From a virus, in the IMG/VR virus record IMGVR_UViG_3300041809_000571, positions 179,841-243,840 of that record: a stretch of 64,000 nt of DNA. One strand, written 5' to 3'. Positions 47,284 through 55,841 of the stretch are shown in pieces. The translations under genes and the position numbers were made by a program. The first letter of the stretch is position 1. The number at the start of each line of letters is the position of its first letter. The notes under the pieces were generated by a model. The model was not told the origin of the DNA and made no database searches. It saw nothing but the letters and a program-made list of their open reading frames with translations.

Positions 47284-47553
47284 TCAGTCGTTGGGGTCAT
47301 CGAACGTTAAAGCTTCGGCAACGACAATAGCGGTGTGAAGATTGTACTCCCCATCAAACCACGCCGTCGTGATGGCGTTATTGCAGATGTTTATCACCGT
47401 CATCGCCGGTCCGCCGCTTTCCAGAAAAACCACGTCTCCAAGCTCAAGGTCAGAATACGTCATGCTTTCCTCCTCGGTTTCAAGGTCTTGTTGTTCTAGC
47501 TGGGGGGAGACTGGCTCCCCCCAACCAAACAGGTTGTTAAATGCTTTCCACAT
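47284..47553 (-). CDS. hypothetical acidic protein (89 aa)
   Basis: ORF. Confidence 0.4.
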   Translation of the reverse strand: MWKAFNNLFGWGEPVSPQLEQQDLETEEESMTYSDLELGDVVFLESGGPAMTVINICNNAITTAWFDGEYNLHTAIVVAEALTFDDPND

Positions 47554-48511
47554 CGTCCAGACTGGCCTCAGCGGCTCCTACGGCGACACCGGAGAGAAGC
47601 GCTTTCCATTCGAGAATAGACTTCTTCGTACCAAGGCGCTTGGCAAGCTTCACGCCGCCGTCCCGGACAAAGGGTTGAACCGCTTCGGTGACGGCCTTGA
47701 CCACTTCGGGGTCAAGCTTCCAGCGGGCGACCGGCGATTTGATGTTGAAGTCGTAACGGTTGCCATTCATGACCATCACGTAATCGTAATCGTAGACGGA
47801 CTTGCCCTCTTGCGGCTTGTCCTTCAACGTGTTAAACTGAGAGGGGGAGAGGTCAACGAAACCAATCCTCCATTCGATTGGACCAGTGTACCCCTTCGGG
47901 TAGTTGCCGTTGGTGGGGTTGCAGTTGGTGTATTCGAGGGCAAGGTGGATGATGTGCGTCCGGCCCTCTTCCTGCAACTTAGTGCAGCAGAGTCCAACGT
48001 CATTAGTGCCATCGGCAAGGCAAATGCAGTTCCGCTTTCCGTCCTTGGTGGGAACGTAGTGACTGCGAGCGGCACGAGGAGCGATGCCGGGGCCGTAGGG
48101 CGGGGGGCCGATTAAAGCAAAACGAGATGGTTTCCCGCTGCCCTTCGCCGGGCGGATGCGACTCAATCCATCTCCCGTCTTCAAAGGCTCGGCGTTGTCG
48201 AAGTCAATAGCCCGTCCGACCAACTCTGTGCCGGGTGTGGCGGCAAAGGTGGGCGCTGCGGCGGTTGCTGTCCCTGCGGTGCCGGGAAGGTCCAAGTCTT
48301 CAATGGAACTTACTTTGGCGGTTTGAGGGGGAGCGGTGAATACAGGTGCCGGTGCTGGTGCAGTGAATACGGGCGCTGGCGCTGCCGTTGCCACGGGGGG
48401 CGGCGGAGCCTGCGGAGCAGGAGCGGGGGGAGGGGGAGGCGGTGCTGCTTGTTGAACGGGGGAAGTGGGTGGTACTAAGTCGGTCAATTCATCATCTGCG
48501 AACTGCTTCAT
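47537..48511 (-). CDS. hypothetical protein with a Pro/Ala-rich N-terminus and a Cys cluster (324 aa); speculative SSB candidate
   Basis: 'H...CICLADGTNDVGLCC' Zn-like site; position in the recombination module. Confidence 0.25.
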   Translation of the reverse strand: MKQFADDELTDLVPPTSPVQQAAPPPPPPAPAPQAPPPPVATAAPAPVFTAPAPAPVFTAPPQTAKVSSIEDLDLPGTAGTATAAAPTFAATPGTELVGRAIDFDNAEPLKTGDGLSRIRPAKGSGKPSRFALIGPPPYGPGIAPRAARSHYVPTKDGKRNCICLADGTNDVGLCCTKLQEEGRTHIIHLALEYTNCNPTNGNYPKGYTGPIEWRIGFVDLSPSQFNTLKDKPQEGKSVYDYDYVMVMNGNRYDFNIKSPVARWKLDPEVVKAVTEAVQPFVRDGGVKLAKRLGTKKSILEWKALLSGVAVGAAEASLDDVESI

Positions 48512-48530
48512 GTCGTAATCCTCCTAAAGG

Positions 48531-48884
48531 TTAGACGATTTGAGTTGGTAAAGAAAGCGGGGGGGCAGCGGGCAGGGGCTTGACTTTCTCCAGCTTGCGC
48601 AACTCTCCCAGTGAGACAAATTTGATTTTGTGTTTTTCACTCGTCATGCTAATCTTCCCGGTGAGGGGAATCTTTCGTAGGCTCGCCGCCCGGTGACGGA
48701 CAGTGAACTTTCCGAAACTGTGGAGTTTAAGAGAAAACCCGTCAGTGTTGAGGTTCTCCTTAAAGGTTTCTTCGAGGCAAGAGGCGACGGCGAGGACAAT
48801 TTCCCTTGCCTTATTCTTCCTCACACCCAAAGAGTGCCTGACTTTTTCGATTAGGATTTCAAGCCCTATGCGAGAACTTCCCAT
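48531..48884 (-). CDS. HU/IHF-family DNA-binding protein
   Basis: 'FGKFTVRHRAASLRKIPLTGKISMTSEKHKIKFVSLGELRK' matches the HU arm consensus. Confidence 0.65.
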   Translation of the reverse strand: MGSSRIGLEILIEKVRHSLGVRKNKAREIVLAVASCLEETFKENLNTDGFSLKLHSFGKFTVRHRAASLRKIPLTGKISMTSEKHKIKFVSLGELRKLEKVKPLPAAPPLSLPTQIV

Positions 48885-48926
48885 GACTTCCTTTCCACGA
48901 GATATAATACTCGATATTTTGAAAAT

Positions 48927-49700
48927 TTACGGTTGCCATATGGCCGAAATCTTCAATACGCAAGGATACGGGTCCGGGTGCTTGATGCGCCATTGGGACA
49001 GTTCCCGGAGCGTATTATGCACTCGCACGGAGTCCAGCTTGAGATTTGACAGGTACTTAAGCTTAGAGGGCGACAGGAATAGCCCGGCCTTCTTGAGGCT
49101 CTCCTCCTCATCTGCACTGATGAAGGCGTAGGCCGACAGGTCTCGGAAAAGGGTGTTTAGCCGGTAGCCGGGGTCTACCTCCGGGCGGAGCCAGCTTCGA
49201 TGGCTTTCCCATGGCTCCAGCCAACGTACATACTCGCCGGGGGCTGGTCCTGAGAGTAGCCCCACGGCGTTCCAGATGGCAATAGGGATGTCTTCGATGC
49301 CCTCTTGGGTGAGAGCATCGGCAATCTTCTGAACGACTGACCGGTCAAGCTCCTTGCCAAGAAGGTCAGCGGCATAGCGCACAATGGCGGAGGCCCCGGC
49401 GCTGCCCCGCTTCATGGGTCCGATGGACCACATGGAGACCTTCTCTTTAACCCCGTCCGACAGGTCTACCACCCGGCCCGTGGTTACACGAAGGAGACAC
49501 GGCTTGCCGGTCAGGATATCGGGGTCAGTTATGGTCTCTACGGTCTGGCAGGGGAGATTGAACACCCGCTCGGCGAACCGGACCTGAAAGGGGTCATCGC
49601 CCACCAGAATATTGTAAGCTTTGTGGTTCTTGCGAGACAAGAGTAGGGTGATGGGCGGGAATTCGGATACAGTGATGCCCGGTCGGAATTTTTCATCCAT
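48927..49700 (-). CDS. hypothetical protein (257 aa)
   Basis: ORF; leader-less-like CAGTATTATCTGGTATGG-ATG upstream. Confidence 0.5.
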   Translation of the reverse strand: MDEKFRPGITVSEFPPITLLLSRKNHKAYNILVGDDPFQVRFAERVFNLPCQTVETITDPDILTGKPCLLRVTTGRVVDLSDGVKEKVSMWSIGPMKRGSAGASAIVRYAADLLGKELDRSVVQKIADALTQEGIEDIPIAIWNAVGLLSGPAPGEYVRWLEPWESHRSWLRPEVDPGYRLNTLFRDLSAYAFISADEEESLKKAGLFLSPSKLKYLSNLKLDSVRVHNTLRELSQWRIKHPDPYPCVLKISAIWQP

Positions 49701-49730
49701 ACCAGATAATACTGAATCTCAGGATGAGGA

Positions 49731-50072
49731 TTATCTTCCGGTCAATCCCGCAGTAACGAGCCGACGCATGGTCAGCACCCGCAGCACAACTTCGGCATTG
49801 AGTTGCTGGAGCGTCTCAAACAACTCCTTCTCGTATACCGAGCAATCATCCACGGGCTTGCCAAACCCTAACTCGGTTTCTATGGGAGCCAAGTTGTGGG
49901 CCTTGGAGGTAGGAATGCGGTCAAGGGCATTCTGCGCCACTCGAAGTAACTCACCGTAGTGTCTAAGCCGGTCGGCGTTCACTGGCTTCCCAATGCCGAC
50001 GACCTTAACCTCGGGAACTTTGATGCTCCCGTATGAATCGAATTCCACCTTTTTCAAATTAACGTCAATCAT
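49731..50072 (-). CDS. hypothetical protein (113 aa)
   Basis: ORF. Confidence 0.45.
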   Translation of the reverse strand: MIDVNLKKVEFDSYGSIKVPEVKVVGIGKPVNADRLRHYGELLRVAQNALDRIPTSKAHNLAPIETELGFGKPVDDCSVYEKELFETLQQLNAEVVLRVLTMRRLVTAGLTGR

Positions 50073-50422
50073 TTCAGCCCCTTTCGAGTATACTCGTTGT
50101 CAATCAGGGTGAAGGCGGCGGTCAGTTCCTTGAACTTCTCTTCCGCCTCGACCTTGGTCATGTTGTTGAGGATGCAGCGGTCAGGATGGCAAGCCATCGA
50201 CAGACGGCGGAAGGTGCTCTTGACAACCTTCCAAGGACTTCCCTCGGGAACGCCAAGCACCGCCCACGGGCCGTACTGCTTGCCCACAAACACTTCCTCG
50301 GCCTCTTCCTGCGACATCCGGTGGGCAAACGCCGCCCGCCACTGCGCCGGGGAACCGTAGCCCTCGGTCTCGGGGTCGTAGGTCTTGTAGCCGTCCAGAA
50401 AGCCTTTCTTGGCTTTAGGCAT
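50069..50422 (-). CDS. J-domain (DnaJ-like) protein, re-annotated to start at MPKAKKG
   Basis: 'YGPWAVLGVPEGSPWKVVKSTFRRLSMACHPDR...EEKFKELTAAFTLI' with the HPD motif. The N-terminal 78 aa of the track ORF overlap another gene out of frame. Confidence 0.6.
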   Translation of the reverse strand: MPKAKKGFLDGYKTYDPETEGYGSPAQWRAAFAHRMSQEEAEEVFVGKQYGPWAVLGVPEGSPWKVVKSTFRRLSMACHPDRCILNNMTKVEAEEKFKELTAAFTLIDNEYTRKGLK

Positions 50423-50663
50423 GAAGTTTTGCCTCGAAGGGAATTTCGTTGCCGGGGATGCCGAGTTCCTTGAGATGGTGACAACGTCTCCACCGCTTCC
50501 ATCCGGGGCAGGAGCAACCCCAATGGCGTTTGTCCTTGTTCTGTGCGATGGTATAGCAGCGGTCGGAGCTTGAGGAATGAATCTCGAAGCGGTTGCCCCA
50601 TTGGGCGTTATCAGGTAGCCGTAGGGCATCAGATGGAATGTAAAGGGTAATTGCATTTGCCAT
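50415..50663 (-). CDS. SWIM-type zinc-finger small protein (82 aa, MANAITLY...)
   Basis: 'CSCPGWKRWRRCHH' (C-x-C-xn-C-x-H). Starts right after CACGTGGTATACTGAAAGTGGAGGGAAAC. Confidence 0.5.
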   Translation of the reverse strand: MANAITLYIPSDALRLPDNAQWGNRFEIHSSSSDRCYTIAQNKDKRHWGCSCPGWKRWRRCHHLKELGIPGNEIPFEAKLHA

Positions 50664-50697
50664 GTTTCCCTCCACTTTCAGTATACCACGTGACCGG

Positions 50698-50883
50698 TCA
50701 TTTTTGAGGATTTTTCTGGAGCTTGGCGGCTCGGCTGCGCTCTTGCAAATAGAGGATGGCGAGGTACTGAGGGACAACCTCACGGCTCACCGGGTCCACC
50801 CAATAAACTTTCTTGTACATGCCGCACTTCCGGCTTCCCACGTAAGAGAAACCGGCTTTCTTCAAACGCTCAGCTATAGTCAT
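50698..50883 (-). CDS. hypothetical protein (61 aa)
   Basis: ORF. Confidence 0.4.
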   Translation of the reverse strand: MTIAERLKKAGFSYVGSRKCGMYKKVYWVDPVSREVVPQYLAILYLQERSRAAKLQKNPQK

Positions 50884-50906
50884 ATTGTCCCCTTGCTTAA
50901 ATTGCC

Positions 50907-51053
50907 CTACTTGACCCGTGGGTCAACCGGGAACACGGCGATGGCCTCGGTGTGGGCGTCGGCAGCGGAGTATTCCTCTATCTCCACCAAGTGCTTGAAG
51001 TAATCCTCATAGGTGAAAATGTGGCAGCCACACTCGCTGCAAAACTTGTCCAT
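50907..51053 (-). CDS. hypothetical Zn-ribbon peptide (48 aa, MDKFCSECGCHIF...)
   Basis: Below the track threshold; SD AGGAGGG 4 nt upstream. Confidence 0.35.
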   Translation of the reverse strand: MDKFCSECGCHIFTYEDYFKHLVEIEEYSAADAHTEAIAVFPVDPRVK

Positions 51054-51061
51054 GTGCCCTC

Positions 51062-51481
51062 CTACGCTTCCTCGTCCTTGGTGAAACGAGGGTCGTTGAT
51101 GTCGAAAACGAAAACCCGAGGCCGCTCCCCGGCGAACTGCCAGAAGGTGGGGTCGATGATTTTGCCCTCGAACTCAACCCACGAGTGGCAGTGCTTGCCT
51201 TCGGTAGCGGCGTGCTCGTCGCAGCCAATCTCGCCAATGACGGCACTCAGGTCGCCCGAGAACCAGCCACGAACCCGCAGGGACCAATCTCCCCCCTGAT
51301 GGACGGAGCCGGTGCCGGTCAGCATCTCGGAGAGAGCGGTAGCGGTGGTTTCGCACTGTCCCGCAAAGACCTCACCATTGCTCATCTTGGAAGTAAAGTC
51401 CCGACCGTTCCAGCCAAATTTCTGGATGTGGCGGCGGATTTCAGTCAGGGTGGGAATCGTTTGGTTGGCTTTGCGCATCAT
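51062..51481 (-). CDS. hypothetical protein (139 aa)
   Basis: ORF; TTTAGTGGTATACTGTAAGTGGAG-ATGATG upstream. Confidence 0.5.
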   Translation of the reverse strand: MMRKANQTIPTLTEIRRHIQKFGWNGRDFTSKMSNGEVFAGQCETTATALSEMLTGTGSVHQGGDWSLRVRGWFSGDLSAVIGEIGCDEHAATEGKHCHSWVEFEGKIIDPTFWQFAGERPRVFVFDINDPRFTKDEEA

Positions 51482-51527
51482 CTCTCCACTTACAGTATAC
51501 CACTAAAATGGCCGTTTTAGGAGAAAT

Positions 51528-51686
51528 TTATTGCTTCCAGAGCCACTGAAAGACCCTTATTAAACCATAGAAAACAATGATAGATACAATGACGGTACCG
51601 GAGGGAAAAATGAAATCGTCAGCGGTCAGCATGAGGAGAAGGACCAACAGGACGACGAGGGGACCGTGGGCAGGAAAAACTTTCAT
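51528..51686 (-). CDS. Small hydrophobic membrane peptide (52 aa, two predicted TM segments), ATGA-coupled to the upstream gene
   Basis: MKVFPAHGPLVVLLVLLLMLTADDFIFPSGTVIVSIIVFYGLIRVFQWLWKQ. Below the track threshold. Confidence 0.35.
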   Translation of the reverse strand: MKVFPAHGPLVVLLVLLLMLTADDFIFPSGTVIVSIIVFYGLIRVFQWLWKQ

Positions 51687-52405
51687 ACCATGGAAAGATT
51701 CGGCTTCTCAGATTGGAACTTCTTGTGAGCGGCGGTAAGCTCGTTCAAGAAGGTTTCGGAGTCAATCAGGTGCAAGAGGACCCGGCGTCCCATGTCAGTT
51801 ATCTGGAATCCGCCCGGCGTGGCCCCGATGATGCCATACTGGGCACTTATCATCAATAGGCTCTCCGTGACTTGGTAGAGGAGCTTGCGGGTCAGCAAAG
51901 TGCTGCGCTCGTCAGTGATTTCCTCACCGTTCTCACCCATAGTTACTCTGAACTTGATGTTCTCTTCCAACGGCTCGATAAGGTACTCATGGGTGGGGTT
52001 ATCCAGTTCCTTGATGAGCAGGAGATAGATACTTCGCATGAAGGGGGCGAACGCCTGCATAGCCGCTTTGATGGGGTCAAGGATGAGCGCCCGGACGAGG
52101 ATAGTCACCCCAAAAGTCGCTCCCCACCGGGTGGACCCGGCAAGGTCGGGGTGGAACATGAACTCCGACAGGGTGGGATATTTGGCGTACTTCTCCAGCA
52201 GGGCAGTCTGCGCCTTGATTATCCGGCGCATTTCCTCCGGGGCGGATACCTTGCCCGTGGCAATCTCTTTCGCCGTGGCGGTCGCTATCAACTCCCGGCG
52301 ACACTCTTGTGCGATGGTCTTCTGTACGAATAAGACCCGCTTGAGGTCTTCCACGGTGTCAAGAGGGACCAGTTTAACCGGAGCGCTTGTGATTCCTTTT
52401 TTCAT
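51683..52405 (-). CDS. hypothetical protein (240 aa)
   Basis: ORF. Confidence 0.5.
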   Translation of the reverse strand: MKKGITSAPVKLVPLDTVEDLKRVLFVQKTIAQECRRELIATATAKEIATGKVSAPEEMRRIIKAQTALLEKYAKYPTLSEFMFHPDLAGSTRWGATFGVTILVRALILDPIKAAMQAFAPFMRSIYLLLIKELDNPTHEYLIEPLEENIKFRVTMGENGEEITDERSTLLTRKLLYQVTESLLMISAQYGIIGATPGGFQITDMGRRVLLHLIDSETFLNELTAAHKKFQSEKPNLSMV

Positions 52406-52408
52406 AGC

Positions 52409-52561
52409 CTACCGTGGGAAGAGGTTGGGTAGCCCCTCTTGGCGCACCGGAGACTTGGGAGCGGGCGGATTGCGATGTTCAATCTTGTGGTCCCGCAGTC
52501 TCCATGACCGGTTGGTCCTGAATCCACAGGGACAGATGTATCGGAAAATAGGCTTTGCCAT
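52409..52561 (-). CDS. C2H2-like zinc-finger peptide (50 aa, 'CPCGF...H..IEH')
   Basis: Below the track threshold; preceded by CACAGTATTAAAGGTAGAGGAGATATC-ATG. Confidence 0.35.
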   Translation of the reverse strand: MAKPIFRYICPCGFRTNRSWRLRDHKIEHRNPPAPKSPVRQEGLPNLFPR

Positions 52562-52577
52562 GATATCTCCTCTACCT

Positions 52578-55425
52578 TTAATACTGTGATTTTTCTAGTT
52601 TTTTTCGAGCGATAAAGTCCCGGAGCCAGCCTTCGGCAATAGCCCTAATCTTGGGGCCGCTTGGACCATGGTGGGGATTGGTGTAGAAAGCGATGAACTT
52701 ATCCACGTCGTGGATATCCGCTCCTGTGGCATACTGGCGGGCTTCCTGAATCAAGAGGGTGTCGGTCATCTCAACTGCTCATCGTAGGATTTCTGCCAGT
52801 CTGAATGCAACCAGTAATTAAGCGCTCCACAGGCCGGGCAGACCGCCGTGGCATTGTCAGTCACAAAGGACACCTTTTCATCAAAGGTATGCTCGCACTC
52901 ACCACAGACGACGGTGTATTTCTTCCGGTGAGTGAAGGGATTCCACAACCCGTTGGCGAATAACCTCCTCGGCTTGACTCTCTTCATGTCAGTCTTTCAG
53001 ATAACCCCGGTTATCCCGCTCCGCTCCCACAAAGGTGTCGGCATACCGGGCGGTCTTGATAGCCTGTGCGGCAAGCTGGAAGAGTTCCTCCCGGATATGC
53101 TCGGCATCCCGCTTCTTGCGCTTGAGGCAAACAATGTCGAAGAACTCCTTGTTAAGCTCCTCGGCGAGCAGGCCATATGCCTGATGGATACTGGCGAGGG
53201 GGCCGTACTCCTTCTCGCTGTGGGTCAGAATCTTCTCGATACGCAGGATTTCAATATCCGTGAGGCGTACCTCGGGATTGTCCGGCAAGGTCTCACTCAA
53301 CTGTTTCGATTTTTTCATAAGCTCCTCTCAGCATCCACCGCCCACACCAAAAATAACGGTGTCGGCGATGGTAAGCCACTTCTTGGTAATCGGCTTGGAC
53401 ATATCCAAGGGAACAACCTGCCCCCGCCGTCTCCAAAACCTCTTGCCCGTGTAGGTGCGGAACACCAAGTTATGGGGGCAAGCTGCCGGTTCGCCCGGCG
53501 AATTGCTGCATACGTGGGGGGCTTGTCGTATATCATTGACACACACTCAGCGTCGATGCCCTTCTTTGCCCGTTGGAAAAGCCCTTCCATGTGTTCCTTG
53601 TACCTGCTCATAACACTCCCCTTGCAGCAAGGTGGGCACGCAGAAATTTCAAAGCGGCCATTATCGACTTGACCCGTTCGTTGTACCTACCCACGGAAAC
53701 GTAGCAGTAACCTCCACAGTATACGTCTACAACCCATTCTATGCCGCCTGTGAGGCCCTGAAAGCGCCAGTTGGGGATAAGCTTCGCACTTTCCCTCCAG
53801 CCCATCACCATAGGTATATCCACGGGAATAGTCTGCTCCAGAGCCATCTTGTAGGACAGCACTTCCTGCGGCTTCGGATACCTCGGGCGAGCCTTCCGCA
53901 TCAGTTCACGTACTCTTTCTTCATCGGCTCCCTCTGAGCCTTAGCCTGTACCGCCCGTGTATCTGCCGCTCCGCACACGTGACACCCCCCGGCGTTGACG
54001 AGATATGCCTTCGTCATGCAACCGGGGTCCGGGCACTCCTGCACAATCTGGTAGTTGCCGTCCACCACGCATCCACAGGGGTGTGTCTCCCATGGCAGGG
54101 GATGGTCAGTGTCAACACAATCGGTCATTTTTCCTTCGGACATGGTTTACCCTCTGGTATTCCAATACTGCGCACTTCGGATTCTCCAAGGACCATCATG
54201 ACGAATGTCTCCACGGCGGTGAGGTCCTCTATTCCCATTTCCGCAAACTTCAAGCGGGTTTTCATTTGGTTCTGGAGCCGCTTGAAGAAGTCATTGCTGA
54301 ACTCGAAGAAGGGGTTATGTGGGCGCATGTAGACCTCGGACCCCTCGTCAACGTTGAGGGTGAGGGCGGCATGGATGTAGGCGACCTTCTCCTGCGCTTT
54401 TTCTAGTGGAGTCTTTTCCTTCATACGCCTCCTTCGGTGCTGAGAGCCTCGTCCACATCGGTTGTGCGCATGGAAGCCGTCTCCAGAGCGGGGCAGTCCA
54501 ACTCCCCATACTTACACACCCCGACGTATTCCCCCATGTTACAGTGCGTCATGTGAACCCCGATTTCCGGTGGTACGACGGGGTCATCAACCGGGAACAT
54601 ATCCACCTGTTCCTTGGGCATGTCTTTCACGTCCACGACAGCGCCGGGCAACTGGCGGCTGATGGAGAGGAACTGTCCCCGGTCCACGATTTCCTTCCAC
54701 GTCAGGAAGAAGGACGACGGTTGGCGTTTCGGTCGGAAGGAAATCCCGTCCGGCCCTATCCATACCAGCCAACCATTGGGAAGCTCTCGGCGAATAGTGC
54801 GGGTCATCTTGATGGTTTTCATGGTTTAACTTCCTCCAGTACTGTGACGTTGACGGGCATCATCTTGCCTCTGCCCCGTTCCTCTTCGGCCTTCGCCCCG
54901 TAGGGAAAGCACATGTCCACTTGCAGCCTGCTCGGGAACACGAAATGAAAGCTGTTATCCTCGCTGTTCCACCAGCCCCAATAGGAGCCGGATGGACCAC
55001 CGATGTTCTGCCCGGCATTGGGGTCGGCATTTTCAGAAACTTCCACCTTGAAGATGGGATGCGGCTCACGGGAATCTTGGCACATCTTGACAGACTTGGG
55101 ATGATGAAAAAAATGGAAGAACATCTTCCCCTTTGTAGTGGAGTCAAACTCCGTGCAATACATGATGGTCTTGAGTTCCATGTTAAGTCCTACTCAGACG
55201 CCAGTTCTTCACCGGCTGCCCGTTTATAATGACCCAATCTCCCCCCAAGGGAAGCCGTTGAAGCTTGCTATCGCAGACGGCGCTCTTGCGCTCCCGTGAG
55301 AGCGCTAGGCACGTCCCTATACCCCTCGCTATCATGGCGGGGGTGACCATGCCGTCCGAGGTCTTTTTCCAGCGGCCCCGCTCGATATTGTCCGACGTGT
55401 TGCCGGTAACAAACGTCAGGGGCAT
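52578..55425 (-). other. Cassette of ~10 tightly coupled small genes: 52578-52769, 52766-52987, 52989-53318, 53315-53611, 53608-53901, 53901-54143, 54125-54424, 54421-54822, 54819-55181, 55183-55425. All are hypothetical; several are Cys-rich.
   Basis: Consecutive ORFs of 63-133 aa joined by 1-4 nt start/stop overlaps (ATGA/TGATG), as in an operon. Confidence 0.5.
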
Positions 55426-55528
55426 GACGAGCTTAAGTCCCCCCGGCGAGGGCCGGTACGGGCTTCCATGCTGTCCTTACCGACCTTCACCAGCCAGAGT
55501 TCACCGTCTACCACAATTTTTCGCATCA

Positions 55529-55840
55529 TCAACCTCGCTTTGCCATTAGGGCGATTTCTTTACGAAAACTTATCATGGCGACGGTTAAAGACGCCCCGGA
55601 AAGTATACTTTGCAACGCTGACTCCACCGCTTTCAAGACTTCTTGGGGTGTACAGCCAGCGCACCAAGGCCAAACCCGCTGGTTGTATGGTGTACATTCA
55701 GAAAGGTAACGGGATGTTACCCCGTTATCCACATCTGCCATCGCTCTCTTATAGGCTGAGAGAAGGCTGAACAACCCAAGAACGGTTGCCCCGGTGGTTG
55801 CCTTCTCTACCGCACGAATCAATTGCAGGTCGGTCGGCAT
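55529..55840 (-). CDS. hypothetical protein (start refined to MPTDLQ)
   Basis: ORF. Confidence 0.4.
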   Translation of the reverse strand: MPTDLQLIRAVEKATTGATVLGLFSLLSAYKRAMADVDNGVTSRYLSECTPYNQRVWPWCAGCTPQEVLKAVESALQSILSGASLTVAMISFRKEIALMAKRG

Positions 55841-55841
55841 T

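Noticed and set aside
50423-50656. N-terminal 78 aa of the 195-aa track ORF (MQLPFTFHLMPYG...)
   Set aside because: It overlaps, out of frame, an 82-aa SWIM-finger ORF that sits right behind a conserved promoter/SD. The J-domain starts at an internal Met after that ORF's stop.
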